A stretch of DNA of 64,000 nucleotides from a virus. Lineage: Duplodnaviria > Caudoviricetes. A program made the position numbers and the translations under genes. Below, one piece after another: positions 29,579 to 38,616 of the stretch; positions within the stretch are counted from its first letter, which is position 1, and each line of letters begins with the position of its first letter. The stretch lies in the IMG/VR virus record IMGVR_UViG_2974629863_000001, positions 1 through 64,000 of that record; one strand, written 5' to 3'. The notes under the pieces are model-generated. The model did no database searches. It saw only the letters and a program-made list of their open reading frames with translations, and had not been told where the DNA came from.

Positions 29579-29758
29579 ATGGAAACCGCCCAAGAAAGAT
29601 TTGAAAGAGCATGGGGTCATGTTAGCGTAGAAAGAAAACTTCGAGGATGGGATAGCCAGCCGGAAGAAAGACGGAAGCGTAGATACTCTCCTCATATTGA
29701 TTCAGAAGAGACGGTTACAAACATCTATTCCGAATTATATGAGGAGGTATACGAATAA
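29579..29758 (+). CDS. 59-aa putative adaptor with Tyr-rich tail (not in ORF track)
   Basis: METAQERFERAWGHVSVERKLRGWDSQPEER...NIYSELYEEVYE; TAATG-coupled to the next gene. Confidence 0.75.
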   Translation: METAQERFERAWGHVSVERKLRGWDSQPEERRKRRYSPHIDSEETVTNIYSELYEEVYE

Positions 29759-30153
29759 TGAGCCTAGAAGATATTAATAATCTGCCGAATGAAATTCCGG
29801 CAAAGCATGAAGGCCACAGGACAGACCACGAGATTATTCACGCTGGTCTAAAAGCCATTGTAGAAGAATTGGCTAATAAGCAATCAAAAGATCTTGAATT
29901 ATACAATATGGACGGTGAAGTAGACACTACAGTTCCATTAGGAGAATTTGTCAATGGGCTGTATTTTGCTATGCTCTATTCTCCAAATATTCAGGTGGAA
30001 ATACCTGGCTATTCTCGATATATTGATCGAGACTATGTAATCGTAGAAGAATTACCAGCTAATCCACGCATTGGAGCCATGTATTTACTTCGTGCTCCAG
30101 ATGGATCTATCACTTGGCATCTGCCAGAAATGTTTCCACCGGAGAATGTGTAA
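29758..30153 (+). CDS. putative virion protein with His-rich N-terminal module
   Basis: MSLEDINNLP...GHRTDHEIIHAGLK. Confidence 0.7.
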   Translation: MSLEDINNLPNEIPAKHEGHRTDHEIIHAGLKAIVEELANKQSKDLELYNMDGEVDTTVPLGEFVNGLYFAMLYSPNIQVEIPGYSRYIDRDYVIVEELPANPRIGAMYLLRAPDGSITWHLPEMFPPENV

Positions 30154-30596
30154 TGCAAAAATTAAAGAGCATATTCTCGCTAGAAGTAGACGATTTAGAA
30201 TTTACAACAGACTTAACTCAATTCGAACTTAAGTCAGATGAAGCTGACCAAGATGCTATGACATTTCTCGATTACAACTCGGGAGTCAATAGAGCCTGGA
30301 CCTTAACAGTTACATCGGCATTCGACGGTGGCTCAGTAGGATCACTTCATAGTTATCTATGGGATCATTCAGGGTCTACAACTCAATTCAAACTACAGCC
30401 TATCTCTGGGGCAGCTTCATTGTCTAAACCACAGTACATAGGAGATATACGAATCCCGTATAAGCCAGACTTAGTTGTAGAAGCAGGATCAGAATCAACA
30501 TTCGAATATGAATTCGAAGTAATCGGGCAACCGGTTAAGGTCGTAGACGGAGATACTCTAAACTTATATCTCCCACTCTATGATAGTTTTTATTAA
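30153..30596 (+). CDS. tail-tube paralog with Tyr-rich C-terminal extension
   Basis: SDEADQDAMTF, NRAWTLTVT, GSLHSYLWD, ESTFEYEFE shared with 42792..43208; ends NLYLPLYDSFY. Confidence 0.85.
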   Translation: MQKLKSIFSLEVDDLEFTTDLTQFELKSDEADQDAMTFLDYNSGVNRAWTLTVTSAFDGGSVGSLHSYLWDHSGSTTQFKLQPISGAASLSKPQYIGDIRIPYKPDLVVEAGSESTFEYEFEVIGQPVKVVDGDTLNLYLPLYDSFY

Positions 30597-30616
30597 AAAG
30601 AAAAGGAGTTGTAAAA

Positions 30617-32164
30617 ATGAGTTTAGATGACATTGATAATTTGCCCATTAGTATTTCTACTGGCAGATCAGGTCACACAGAAGATCACCAGACCATTCAC
30701 AAAGGTCTAAAGGATATTAAGAACTTGGTTCAAGATACAGGCATTAAAGCTGTCTATGGACCAAGATGGGTTTTTGACGGTGACTCAATTACTATTAACG
30801 GTATTGCTACCACAGAAACCACACAGGATAGAGGCGCATCGTGGACTACCGAATTAGCTAGACAGTCTTTCGGACGAATTAAGTTAATTTACAATGCAGC
30901 TATCTCAGGACAGAGAACAGACCAGGCATTAGCTCGATTTGATGCATACGTTGCTCCACAAGATCCAGATGTCGTTTTCCTTACGGCAGGTACCAATGAC
31001 GTTGGCGCAGCACGTGATATGTCAGCTTGGTTGGCAGACGTAGAAGCGTACAGGCTCAAGTGTGTAGCTATTGGAGCTAAGTTAATCGTAGGGTCTATTT
31101 GGCCTTCGGATAACAACAACCCGGCAGGCCGAAGTGCAATTTCTAGAACTTGGAATAACGCACTATACGCATGGGCAGAATCACACAATGTGCAATATGT
31201 ACCTTGGGAGAGACTAGCAAATCCAACAACCGGAGGTTGGCCTACAGGATGGTCTTCAGATGGATTGCACCCGACCTTACTAGATGGGTATACAACTATT
31301 GGTAAATTCGCTTGGGATTTCCTAGAACCTAGAACAGGATCACCTACAGTACGTAGAGCAATTTCTAACGGAGCGGATGCCATTCCTAACGGATTTTTCA
31401 CGGCGGGGTCAAATGTCCCTACTCCTACTCTGAGTGCAGGAACACCTACTACAGGAACAGGAACATTACCAGCAGGAGCATATTCATATAAGTTCACTTC
31501 TAGAACATATTGGGGAGAATCAATTCCGTCAGCAGCTCAGTCAGTAACATTGTCAGACGTTGGACAGATCACTATTCCTTATGCAACAGCAACAGGAGCA
31601 AGAGGATTCAGAGTATATAGAAAGGGACCATCCGATTCAGATTGGAAGTACCTCACATATATCTCAAGTGCTCTATCAGGTTCATTCATTGATAATGGTA
31701 GCTTCACAGCAGGTGCTAATATCTCAGGAGTTGCAACAGGCTTCATTCCAACAGGATTGACAGTTGGTAGTGCCACTCTTAAGAATCTAGGACAGGCATT
31801 CTTCACAGAGCCAGGAGTTCGAGGAAATATCTTTAGACTATATCCTTATGAAACCGGAACAGGTGCTCCGAATGATCACTTCGCTATTGCAGTGACACCA
31901 GGAGAGGTTTATGAGGTAAGTGCTCTAATTAGAACCAATGGAAATGCTGAAGGTGCTATTGTTGCACGATTCAGAGATGCTACTACTAACTTTGCTCAGA
32001 GTGTTGTCGCAAAGGGACGTTTAGTTAATTCATTTGGTCTAGCACATGCTAAGTTCACGATTCCAGCAGGAACAATTACGCTTAGACTCAGCTTCGAATT
32101 AACAGCAAGCTCCGATGGTGGATATTTAGATGTAGCAGAAGTTTCCGTCACCAAAGTAACCTAA
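30617..32164 (+). CDS. SGNH/GDSL hydrolase-containing putative virion appendage
   Basis: His-rich N-module; GDSIT, GTND, DGLHP; beta-sandwich-like C-terminal half. Confidence 0.8.
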   Translation: MSLDDIDNLPISISTGRSGHTEDHQTIHKGLKDIKNLVQDTGIKAVYGPRWVFDGDSITINGIATTETTQDRGASWTTELARQSFGRIKLIYNAAISGQRTDQALARFDAYVAPQDPDVVFLTAGTNDVGAARDMSAWLADVEAYRLKCVAIGAKLIVGSIWPSDNNNPAGRSAISRTWNNALYAWAESHNVQYVPWERLANPTTGGWPTGWSSDGLHPTLLDGYTTIGKFAWDFLEPRTGSPTVRRAISNGADAIPNGFFTAGSNVPTPTLSAGTPTTGTGTLPAGAYSYKFTSRTYWGESIPSAAQSVTLSDVGQITIPYATATGARGFRVYRKGPSDSDWKYLTYISSALSGSFIDNGSFTAGANISGVATGFIPTGLTVGSATLKNLGQAFFTEPGVRGNIFRLYPYETGTGAPNDHFAIAVTPGEVYEVSALIRTNGNAEGAIVARFRDATTNFAQSVVAKGRLVNSFGLAHAKFTIPAGTITLRLSFELTASSDGGYLDVAEVSVTKVT

Positions 32165-32183
32165 AATGTGGTAGAATGAATTT

Positions 32184-32331
32184 GTTCGAGAGAACACTTA
32201 CGGGTCTTGGTATGACTCAGCAGATTGATATCTGTTATACCATCTCGTGCAGGCTATACGGGTCAAGTTCCACGTATAGATGTGAATTTCGCTGCCTTAG
32301 GTAATGCAAAAGCCCCGGAAACGGGGTTTTT
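32184..32331 (+). ncRNA. candidate structured non-coding RNA
   Basis: Own extended -10 (TGGTAGAAT, 32169-77), four hairpins including a GAGA tetraloop, and a GAAA-capped terminator. Confidence 0.6.
32308..32331 (+). terminator. intrinsic terminator
   Basis: AAAAGCCCCG-GAAA-CGGGGTTTTT. Confidence 0.85.
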
Positions 32332-32355
32332 GTGTATCTGTGGTAAAATGGCTAT

Positions 32356-32802
32356 ATGCTCACCAATCCCAAACTAAAGTCCGTATTCAGCCTTTACGTC
32401 GATGATATCGATTTCGTAGCAGATGTATCTTCATTCGTTTTGAAGTCAGATAAGTTGGATGCAAAGCAAATTACGTTCGGCAAATACACACAGGGCATGG
32501 ACGTTAAGTGGACTTTAGGACTTAAGGGTTTATTCGATGGTGGTAGCGCAGGTTCGTTGCATGATTACTTATGGAATAACGCAGGACGAACAGTAACATT
32601 CATTCTTAAGCCTTTTCAAGGGTTCGATCCAAACACTAAGCGTTATTACACAGGACAAGTAAGAATTCCTTATCGTCCAGACATTAGCGTTAAGGCTGGA
32701 CAGTATTCTACATTCGATTATGAATTCAAAGTCGTAGGTCATCCGTCAAGAGGCGATCAGCCTAATGGATTCATGACTACAGGCTACTATGATTCATATT
32801 AA
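32356..32802 (+). CDS. second tail-tube paralog with Tyr-rich C-terminal extension
   Basis: KLKSVF, GSLHDYLWNNAG, YTGQVRIPYRPDI; ends GFMTTGYYDSY. Confidence 0.85.
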   Translation: MLTNPKLKSVFSLYVDDIDFVADVSSFVLKSDKLDAKQITFGKYTQGMDVKWTLGLKGLFDGGSAGSLHDYLWNNAGRTVTFILKPFQGFDPNTKRYYTGQVRIPYRPDISVKAGQYSTFDYEFKVVGHPSRGDQPNGFMTTGYYDSY

Positions 32803-32820
32803 GTCTGTTATAATGATATA

Positions 32821-34239
32821 ATGGCCCTCTCAGATATTGATCTTTTACCAAACACACCAGTACATGAAGGTGATGCAAACCACGACGGACTGCATGATCT
32901 TATTCATACTGGTATTAAGAGTCTAAAAACATTTATTACAGACTTAGTAGCGATCAATCTTAGAAAGACCACAGATCAAACTATTACAGGCATAAAGACA
33001 TTTGATTCTAGTCCTGTTATTCCTACAGACGTGCCAATTGCCGGAACAGCAGTAGTTAATAAGACATATGTAGAATCTAAGCTCAATCCTAAGAATACAA
33101 AGATTGATGCAGCTACACCAAACCCTACGACTAAATACTATCGTGGAGATAAGACTTGGGATGTCTTAGATAAGACTAAGATCCAATTACCGAACGCAGA
33201 AAACACAGCCGACACTGCAAAGCCTGTTACAGATGCTCTACAAACTGCACTTAACGACAAGCAGAATAATATTACTGCAGCAGACTCTACTTATTTCTAT
33301 CGCGGTGATAAGAACTGGGTATTCCTAGATAAAGATGCAGCAGGGCTGGATCAGCTAAACAATACTTCGGATGCTAATAAGCCTATCTCGAATCTAACTC
33401 AGACAGCTTTGAATGATACTCTGGATGATACAGACTCACTAAAGACTTCTGGAAATCAAACTATTGGTGGCATCAAACTATTCACTTCCGTTCCGAAACT
33501 AATCGGTACGTCTACAGTGGGGTACGTTTGGACTGCTACAAATGCAGACGGTACAGGTGCTTGGCAGGTAAAGGGAACTCCTATTACTACAGCCGACTGG
33601 GACATTATTTCTAGCAAGCCTACAACCTATCCACCAACTATCGGAACCTCAGGATCTACAGCCGCAGCAGGCAATCACACGCACGTGCTAGGAGACTTCG
33701 GACTCGATCAGCTCAACAACACATCAGACCTAGCAAAGCCTATTTCTAATGCTACTCAGGCAGCTCTAAATCTAAAAGCACCTAAGAGTCGCACGCTTGC
33801 CAACGGAACTGGAATTACGGGCGGTGGAGATTTAACGGAAGACAGAACTTTATCTCTGAGCAATAATGGAGTAAACGTAGACGAACTAGATATCATTTCT
33901 AGAAGAGAAGGTATTGCTTACGTAGTAACATTCAATACTAGAAAGGTAGGACTAGGAGACTACACAATGGGAATTCAAGTTCCTTATAAGTGCAATGTTG
34001 TTTCTGTTAAGTATAGAATGGGAACAGCAGATGCTTCTGGTACTACAACAGCAGAACTTAGAAAGAATGGTACAACAGTCTCAGGAACATCTCTAACAGC
34101 AACAACATCTCCTACCCCAACAACAGGAGCTTGGCCTTTTGCTAAAGATGATATTCTTACTGTTTATGTATCTGCAATTGGCACCGGACCAGGCAAGAGA
34201 CTTACTGCAGATATTATTCTAGAAAAAGTAAAAGAATAA
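32821..34239 (+). CDS. tail fiber/minor tail protein
   Basis: His-rich N-module; QTITGIKTF, YYRGDKTW and NTSDANKPIS repeats. Confidence 0.8.
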   Translation: MALSDIDLLPNTPVHEGDANHDGLHDLIHTGIKSLKTFITDLVAINLRKTTDQTITGIKTFDSSPVIPTDVPIAGTAVVNKTYVESKLNPKNTKIDAATPNPTTKYYRGDKTWDVLDKTKIQLPNAENTADTAKPVTDALQTALNDKQNNITAADSTYFYRGDKNWVFLDKDAAGLDQLNNTSDANKPISNLTQTALNDTLDDTDSLKTSGNQTIGGIKLFTSVPKLIGTSTVGYVWTATNADGTGAWQVKGTPITTADWDIISSKPTTYPPTIGTSGSTAAAGNHTHVLGDFGLDQLNNTSDLAKPISNATQAALNLKAPKSRTLANGTGITGGGDLTEDRTLSLSNNGVNVDELDIISRREGIAYVVTFNTRKVGLGDYTMGIQVPYKCNVVSVKYRMGTADASGTTTAELRKNGTTVSGTSLTATTSPTPTTGAWPFAKDDILTVYVSAIGTGPGKRLTADIILEKVKE

Positions 34240-34257
34240 TGTTACAATATAGGTACT

Positions 34258-35649
34258 ATGCCCTTATCAGATGTCGATCTATTACCCAATGATGTAAATC
34301 CAGGTTCTCCGAACCACACTAATCATCATGATGTGATCCATGCTGCACTTAAGGAACTAAAGACACTTTCTCAGACAGCAGACACCGATGGTGTAAAGCT
34401 AACTGGTGCTCAGACTATCTCAGGAATCAAAACATTCTCTGCTAGTCCTCTTGTACCTAATCCTACTGCAGCTACACATGCAGCTAATAAGCAATGGACA
34501 GATTCATTAGCCGCTACTTACGAACCTAATATTCCACTAGGAACAACTTCTCAGTATTGGCGTGGAGATAAGACTTGGGTTGCTCTAACTAAGGCAGCAG
34601 CAGGTCTAGGAAACGTAGATAATACTTCAGACGCCAACAAGCCTATTTCTACATTGCAGGCATCAGCATTAGCAGGTAAAGAACCTCTAATCTCAACTGG
34701 CACTATAGCTCAGTATTATCGTGGAGATAAAACTTGGGCCACTCTAAACAGGGCTGCAGTGGGTCTCGGAAACGTAGACAATACAGCCGATTTAGCGAAA
34801 CCTATTTCTACTGCTACTCAAACAGCACTAGATCTAAAGGCACCTAAGTCAGATGCAGTAACACTTACAACAGCTCAGTCTATTTCTGGCGTAAAGACAT
34901 TTACAGCAAGTCCTAAGATGGGTGGCACTGCAACAGTTGGTTGGGTCTGGACAGCTACAACTTCCGATGGTCAAGGATCTTGGCAGCTATTAGGTGTTCC
35001 CGCTGATTCTATGGACTGGGCAAATATTATCAATAAGCCAACTACATTTGCACCAATTATCGGTACTGGTGCAAGTCAGGCAGCAGCAGGTAACCACACT
35101 CACACAAAGGCCTCTATCGGTCTTGGAAATGTTGACAACACCAGCGATGCTAACAAGCCTATTTCAACCCTTACACAGGCCGAGCTAGATACAAAGCTCA
35201 CTTCTGCAAGAGCAGTGAACACAGGAACAGGACTAACGGGTGGTGGAGACCTTTCAACCAACCGGACTATTTCTATTGCGTCTGGTGGTGTCGGACTGAC
35301 ACAGCTTGCTTCAGAAGTTAAGCGTGAAGGATTCCCATTCCCTCAGACTATGGGTAAGCGTGCAGTTGGATACGGTGAATTCATCGATGGTATTTCTATT
35401 CCTTATGCATTTACTATTACATCGGTTAAATACCGTATGGGAACAGCGGACGCTTCAGGCACAACTACTTGTGAACTCAGAAAGAATGGCATAACAGTGT
35501 CGGGTACATCAGGGACAGCAGCACTTAACCCTACAGCAGTAACAGGATCTTGGTCATTCGCTAAGGATGACATCTTAACGGTTTACACATCGGCAATCGG
35601 AACAACGCCGGGTGAAAGATTAGTCGCAGACATTATAGGAACGAAATAA
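34258..35649 (+). CDS. tail fiber/minor tail protein, paralog of 32821..34239
   Basis: Same N-module and repeats; shared SVKYRMGTADASGTTTxELRKNG C-terminal domain. Confidence 0.8.
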   Translation: MPLSDVDLLPNDVNPGSPNHTNHHDVIHAALKELKTLSQTADTDGVKLTGAQTISGIKTFSASPLVPNPTAATHAANKQWTDSLAATYEPNIPLGTTSQYWRGDKTWVALTKAAAGLGNVDNTSDANKPISTLQASALAGKEPLISTGTIAQYYRGDKTWATLNRAAVGLGNVDNTADLAKPISTATQTALDLKAPKSDAVTLTTAQSISGVKTFTASPKMGGTATVGWVWTATTSDGQGSWQLLGVPADSMDWANIINKPTTFAPIIGTGASQAAAGNHTHTKASIGLGNVDNTSDANKPISTLTQAELDTKLTSARAVNTGTGLTGGGDLSTNRTISIASGGVGLTQLASEVKREGFPFPQTMGKRAVGYGEFIDGISIPYAFTITSVKYRMGTADASGTTTCELRKNGITVSGTSGTAALNPTAVTGSWSFAKDDILTVYTSAIGTTPGERLVADIIGTK

Positions 35650-36672
35650 ATGATTATAGTAAGACCAATGGCAAAGGTTAGTAGTGCCGCTGAGATTCTA
35701 GGAGTAACCACAGCAGGAACAGGAGGAGCAACAAGTTTAGCAGTTACTCTTCCAGATATTCCAGTTGGTGAAACATGGATTCTAATGGTAGGCGCAGGTT
35801 TCAATACCATGAACACTCCTTCTGGATGGAATTTAATTTATTCTCACACATCTGTAACGACTAGAACATATTTCTTTTCTAGAGTAAGACAATCTGGAGA
35901 TACTACAGCTTTGACAATGACATTTGGAGCTACTATTCCAGTTGCAGTAAGAGCTTATGGCATTGGAAATTGTGGACTCATTAGAGCAAATGGCAATGCA
36001 AGTGGTAGTCAGGTAACAGTTCACCCCGCTCCATCTATTGCAGCAACTATGGCAGGATCATTGACCTTTAGATTTGCATACAATCAATCAACAAGCGCAA
36101 CTAGAGCCTACACTTGGGATTCAGGCCCTACTACTGTAAATCCAGACTTTGTAATCACTGGCACTGGCATTATGGGATCTGTAGAACACGTTTCGCAGGG
36201 ACCAGAGCTGTATCCTATTTTGAATGCAACACACGCAACAGCTATTTCATATTCAGTTGGATCTATTTCAATAAGTCCTAAATTAGATCAGGGTATTCCT
36301 AGCACTCAGAGGGGAACACTAACTGCAAACCAAACAACTACTGTTGGATCATATGCTGAACTTGGACCACTAACAGCCGGAACAAATGCAACTGTTTCTG
36401 GAAATGCTCTTGTATTAAATGGCACAGGTAATGCTACTTTGACTGTAAGCACAAGCAAGCAGGGTGGATTTGGTAACCTAACAATTAGAGCTAAGGTAAA
36501 TGGAGCTATAGTAGCAGAAGGAACAGCTTCCAGTTCAGGTGTATTTAGTGCATCTGTTACTTCAGGTTTTGAAGCTGGGTCACTTCTAACCATAGAAGCA
36601 ATGGCAACTACAGCTACTTCTAGTGCCAATGTTCTTACGACTTCTACGTATATTGAAATTGTTCCTATTTAG
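35650..36672 (+). CDS. putative receptor-binding/minor tail protein
   Basis: Thr/Ser/Gly-rich beta protein abutting the fiber gene. Confidence 0.6.
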   Translation: MIIVRPMAKVSSAAEILGVTTAGTGGATSLAVTLPDIPVGETWILMVGAGFNTMNTPSGWNLIYSHTSVTTRTYFFSRVRQSGDTTALTMTFGATIPVAVRAYGIGNCGLIRANGNASGSQVTVHPAPSIAATMAGSLTFRFAYNQSTSATRAYTWDSGPTTVNPDFVITGTGIMGSVEHVSQGPELYPILNATHATAISYSVGSISISPKLDQGIPSTQRGTLTANQTTTVGSYAELGPLTAGTNATVSGNALVLNGTGNATLTVSTSKQGGFGNLTIRAKVNGAIVAEGTASSSGVFSASVTSGFEAGSLLTIEAMATTATSSANVLTTSTYIEIVPI

Positions 36673-36708
36673 AGATTTTCAATCATTTTAGTATGTTATA
36701 ATTGCTAA

Positions 36709-37008
36709 ATGAACGAAATTAATCCAAATAGTGCAAAAAAGCCCAGAATTTCAGTAGTCTCAGAAACAGATCTAGGTGTTTATGCCTGGCAACAGCCAAA
36801 CGGTAAGATACTTGGAAGTACTGACGGAGATATGTTAAATGTTCCCGGTAGGCGAGGAGACCTACTAGCAATTGCAGAAATTACTAGAGCAGCTAAATAT
36901 TGGGGATACCCAGAAGGTAAGCCGGTATTCTTAGAGGGTCAGTATAGATGTACTGAAGGGGAATATCAGGAAATGATTAGAGAAAGGCTGGAAGATGAAT
37001 CATGGTAA
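36709..37008 (+). CDS. hypothetical protein upstream of portal
   Basis: Leaderless promoter; overlaps the portal start. Confidence 0.7.
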   Translation: MNEINPNSAKKPRISVVSETDLGVYAWQQPNGKILGSTDGDMLNVPGRRGDLLAIAEITRAAKYWGYPEGKPVFLEGQYRCTEGEYQEMIRERLEDESW

Positions 37009-38570
37009 ACGACGAACTAGAGTTAATGGGCGATGTTTCATTCGGCCCAAGATGGGAGAAAGTAACTAGTTCTTCGGAGGATTCTTTTTCAAAGATCTAC
37101 AAGACTTCAGATGAGCACGCTCCATCAGCAGTAAAGGCATTAGTTAAAGGTTTCAAGTCTGAAGATGGAAAGGCTAGATCTAAGCAGTATGAAGATAAGT
37201 CAGTAAGTCTTTACAATGCAGCAGAATGTGTTGTTCCGCCTTACAACATGCATTACTTAGCTAAGCTTTATGATGCATCTTCATTCCACGCTACAGCAGT
37301 TGACGCAAAGATTGATAACACAGTTGGCCTAGGCTACCGATGGGATCACTCATACCTTGCAAAAGAACTACGTGAAAAAGCGGAGTCAAGTAAGACTGCA
37401 GATAAGCTTAGAAAAGTAGATGCCAAACTAGAAGCACTTAAGCGACAGCTACAAGCCAGGTTAGATGGATTCAACAATCTAGATGAGTTTGATGAGATTC
37501 TAGTTAAGGTTCTTAAGGATCGTCACTGCACCGGAAACGGTTACTTTGAAGTTGGACGAACCACCGAAGGCGATATTAAATACCTAGGTCACATTCCATC
37601 AAAGGATGTTCGTATTCGTAGAGCGCGTGATGGTTTCGTGCAGACAGTCAACAATGAGAATATCTTTTTCCGTAATTTTGGAGATAGAGAAACAGAGAAT
37701 CCTTTCTTAGATGATGACAATCCAAACGAACTAATTCACATCAAGTTCTACTCACCTGTTGATGATTACTACGGAGTCCCAGAGATTATCTCAGCAGCTC
37801 AGGCTCTTGCAGGTATCGAGTTCTCTCAGAGATTCAATATTGATTACTTCGAGAACAAGGCTGTGCCACGTTACATCATCAAGACCAAGGGAATTAAGCT
37901 ATCGCCAGATCAGCAGAAGGAACTACTTAAGTTCTTCGAAACAAACACTAAGGGCGTTTCACACAGAACAGTTATGGTTCCTCTACCAGCAGGTCAGGAT
38001 AAGGATATCGATTTCCACGCGGTAGAGACAGGTAGACAGGATGCATCCTTCACTGAATACATCAAACTAAACCTACAATTAATCCTGAGTCGTCACAGAG
38101 TGCCACAGGGTCGAGTTGGTATGACATCAGCAGCTACATCAGCAGCAGAGTCAGCAGCTACAGAGAAGACATTCAAGGAAACAGTTTGTAGACCAGAACA
38201 GCGTCTTCTAGAGAAGAAGCTAAACAAGGTCTTTAAAGAAATTACAGATCTATTTGAATTTAAGCTGAATGAATTCACTCTTACAGATGAAGATCAGCAG
38301 TCACAGATTCATGAGCGTTACCTACGTTGGGGTGTCGAAGTTCCTGATGAGGTTAGAACTGAACTAGGTAAGCCACCGCGTGCAGATGGTAAGGGTGGAG
38401 AACCTGTTGATACCAAGACAGTAGGTTTAGCTCAAAAGCAAGCGGAAGAAAAGGCACAAGCATATGAAACTAGAACTAGAGACCAGAATAGAAACGCTAA
38501 TAAACCAGATTCTGCAAGTAATTCATCAACAAGAAGAACTCAGGGATCAGGAGCAAACCCAAACACATAA
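37002..38570 (+). CDS. portal protein
   Basis: GNGYFEV, YYGVPE, YFENKAVPRY, DASF, HRVP; position before protease and capsid. Confidence 0.9.
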   Translation: MVNDELELMGDVSFGPRWEKVTSSSEDSFSKIYKTSDEHAPSAVKALVKGFKSEDGKARSKQYEDKSVSLYNAAECVVPPYNMHYLAKLYDASSFHATAVDAKIDNTVGLGYRWDHSYLAKELREKAESSKTADKLRKVDAKLEALKRQLQARLDGFNNLDEFDEILVKVLKDRHCTGNGYFEVGRTTEGDIKYLGHIPSKDVRIRRARDGFVQTVNNENIFFRNFGDRETENPFLDDDNPNELIHIKFYSPVDDYYGVPEIISAAQALAGIEFSQRFNIDYFENKAVPRYIIKTKGIKLSPDQQKELLKFFETNTKGVSHRTVMVPLPAGQDKDIDFHAVETGRQDASFTEYIKLNLQLILSRHRVPQGRVGMTSAATSAAESAATEKTFKETVCRPEQRLLEKKLNKVFKEITDLFEFKLNEFTLTDEDQQSQIHERYLRWGVEVPDEVRTELGKPPRADGKGGEPVDTKTVGLAQKQAEEKAQAYETRTRDQNRNANKPDSASNSSTRRTQGSGANPNT

Positions 38571-38578
38571 AAGTTAAT

Positions 38579-38607
38579 TTGACAAAATAAACAATTGAAG
38601 TTATACT
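38579..38607 (+). promoter_or_regulatory. SigA-type promoter
   Basis: TTGACA-N17-TATACT. Confidence 0.7.
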
Positions 38608-38616
38608 AACAACACG

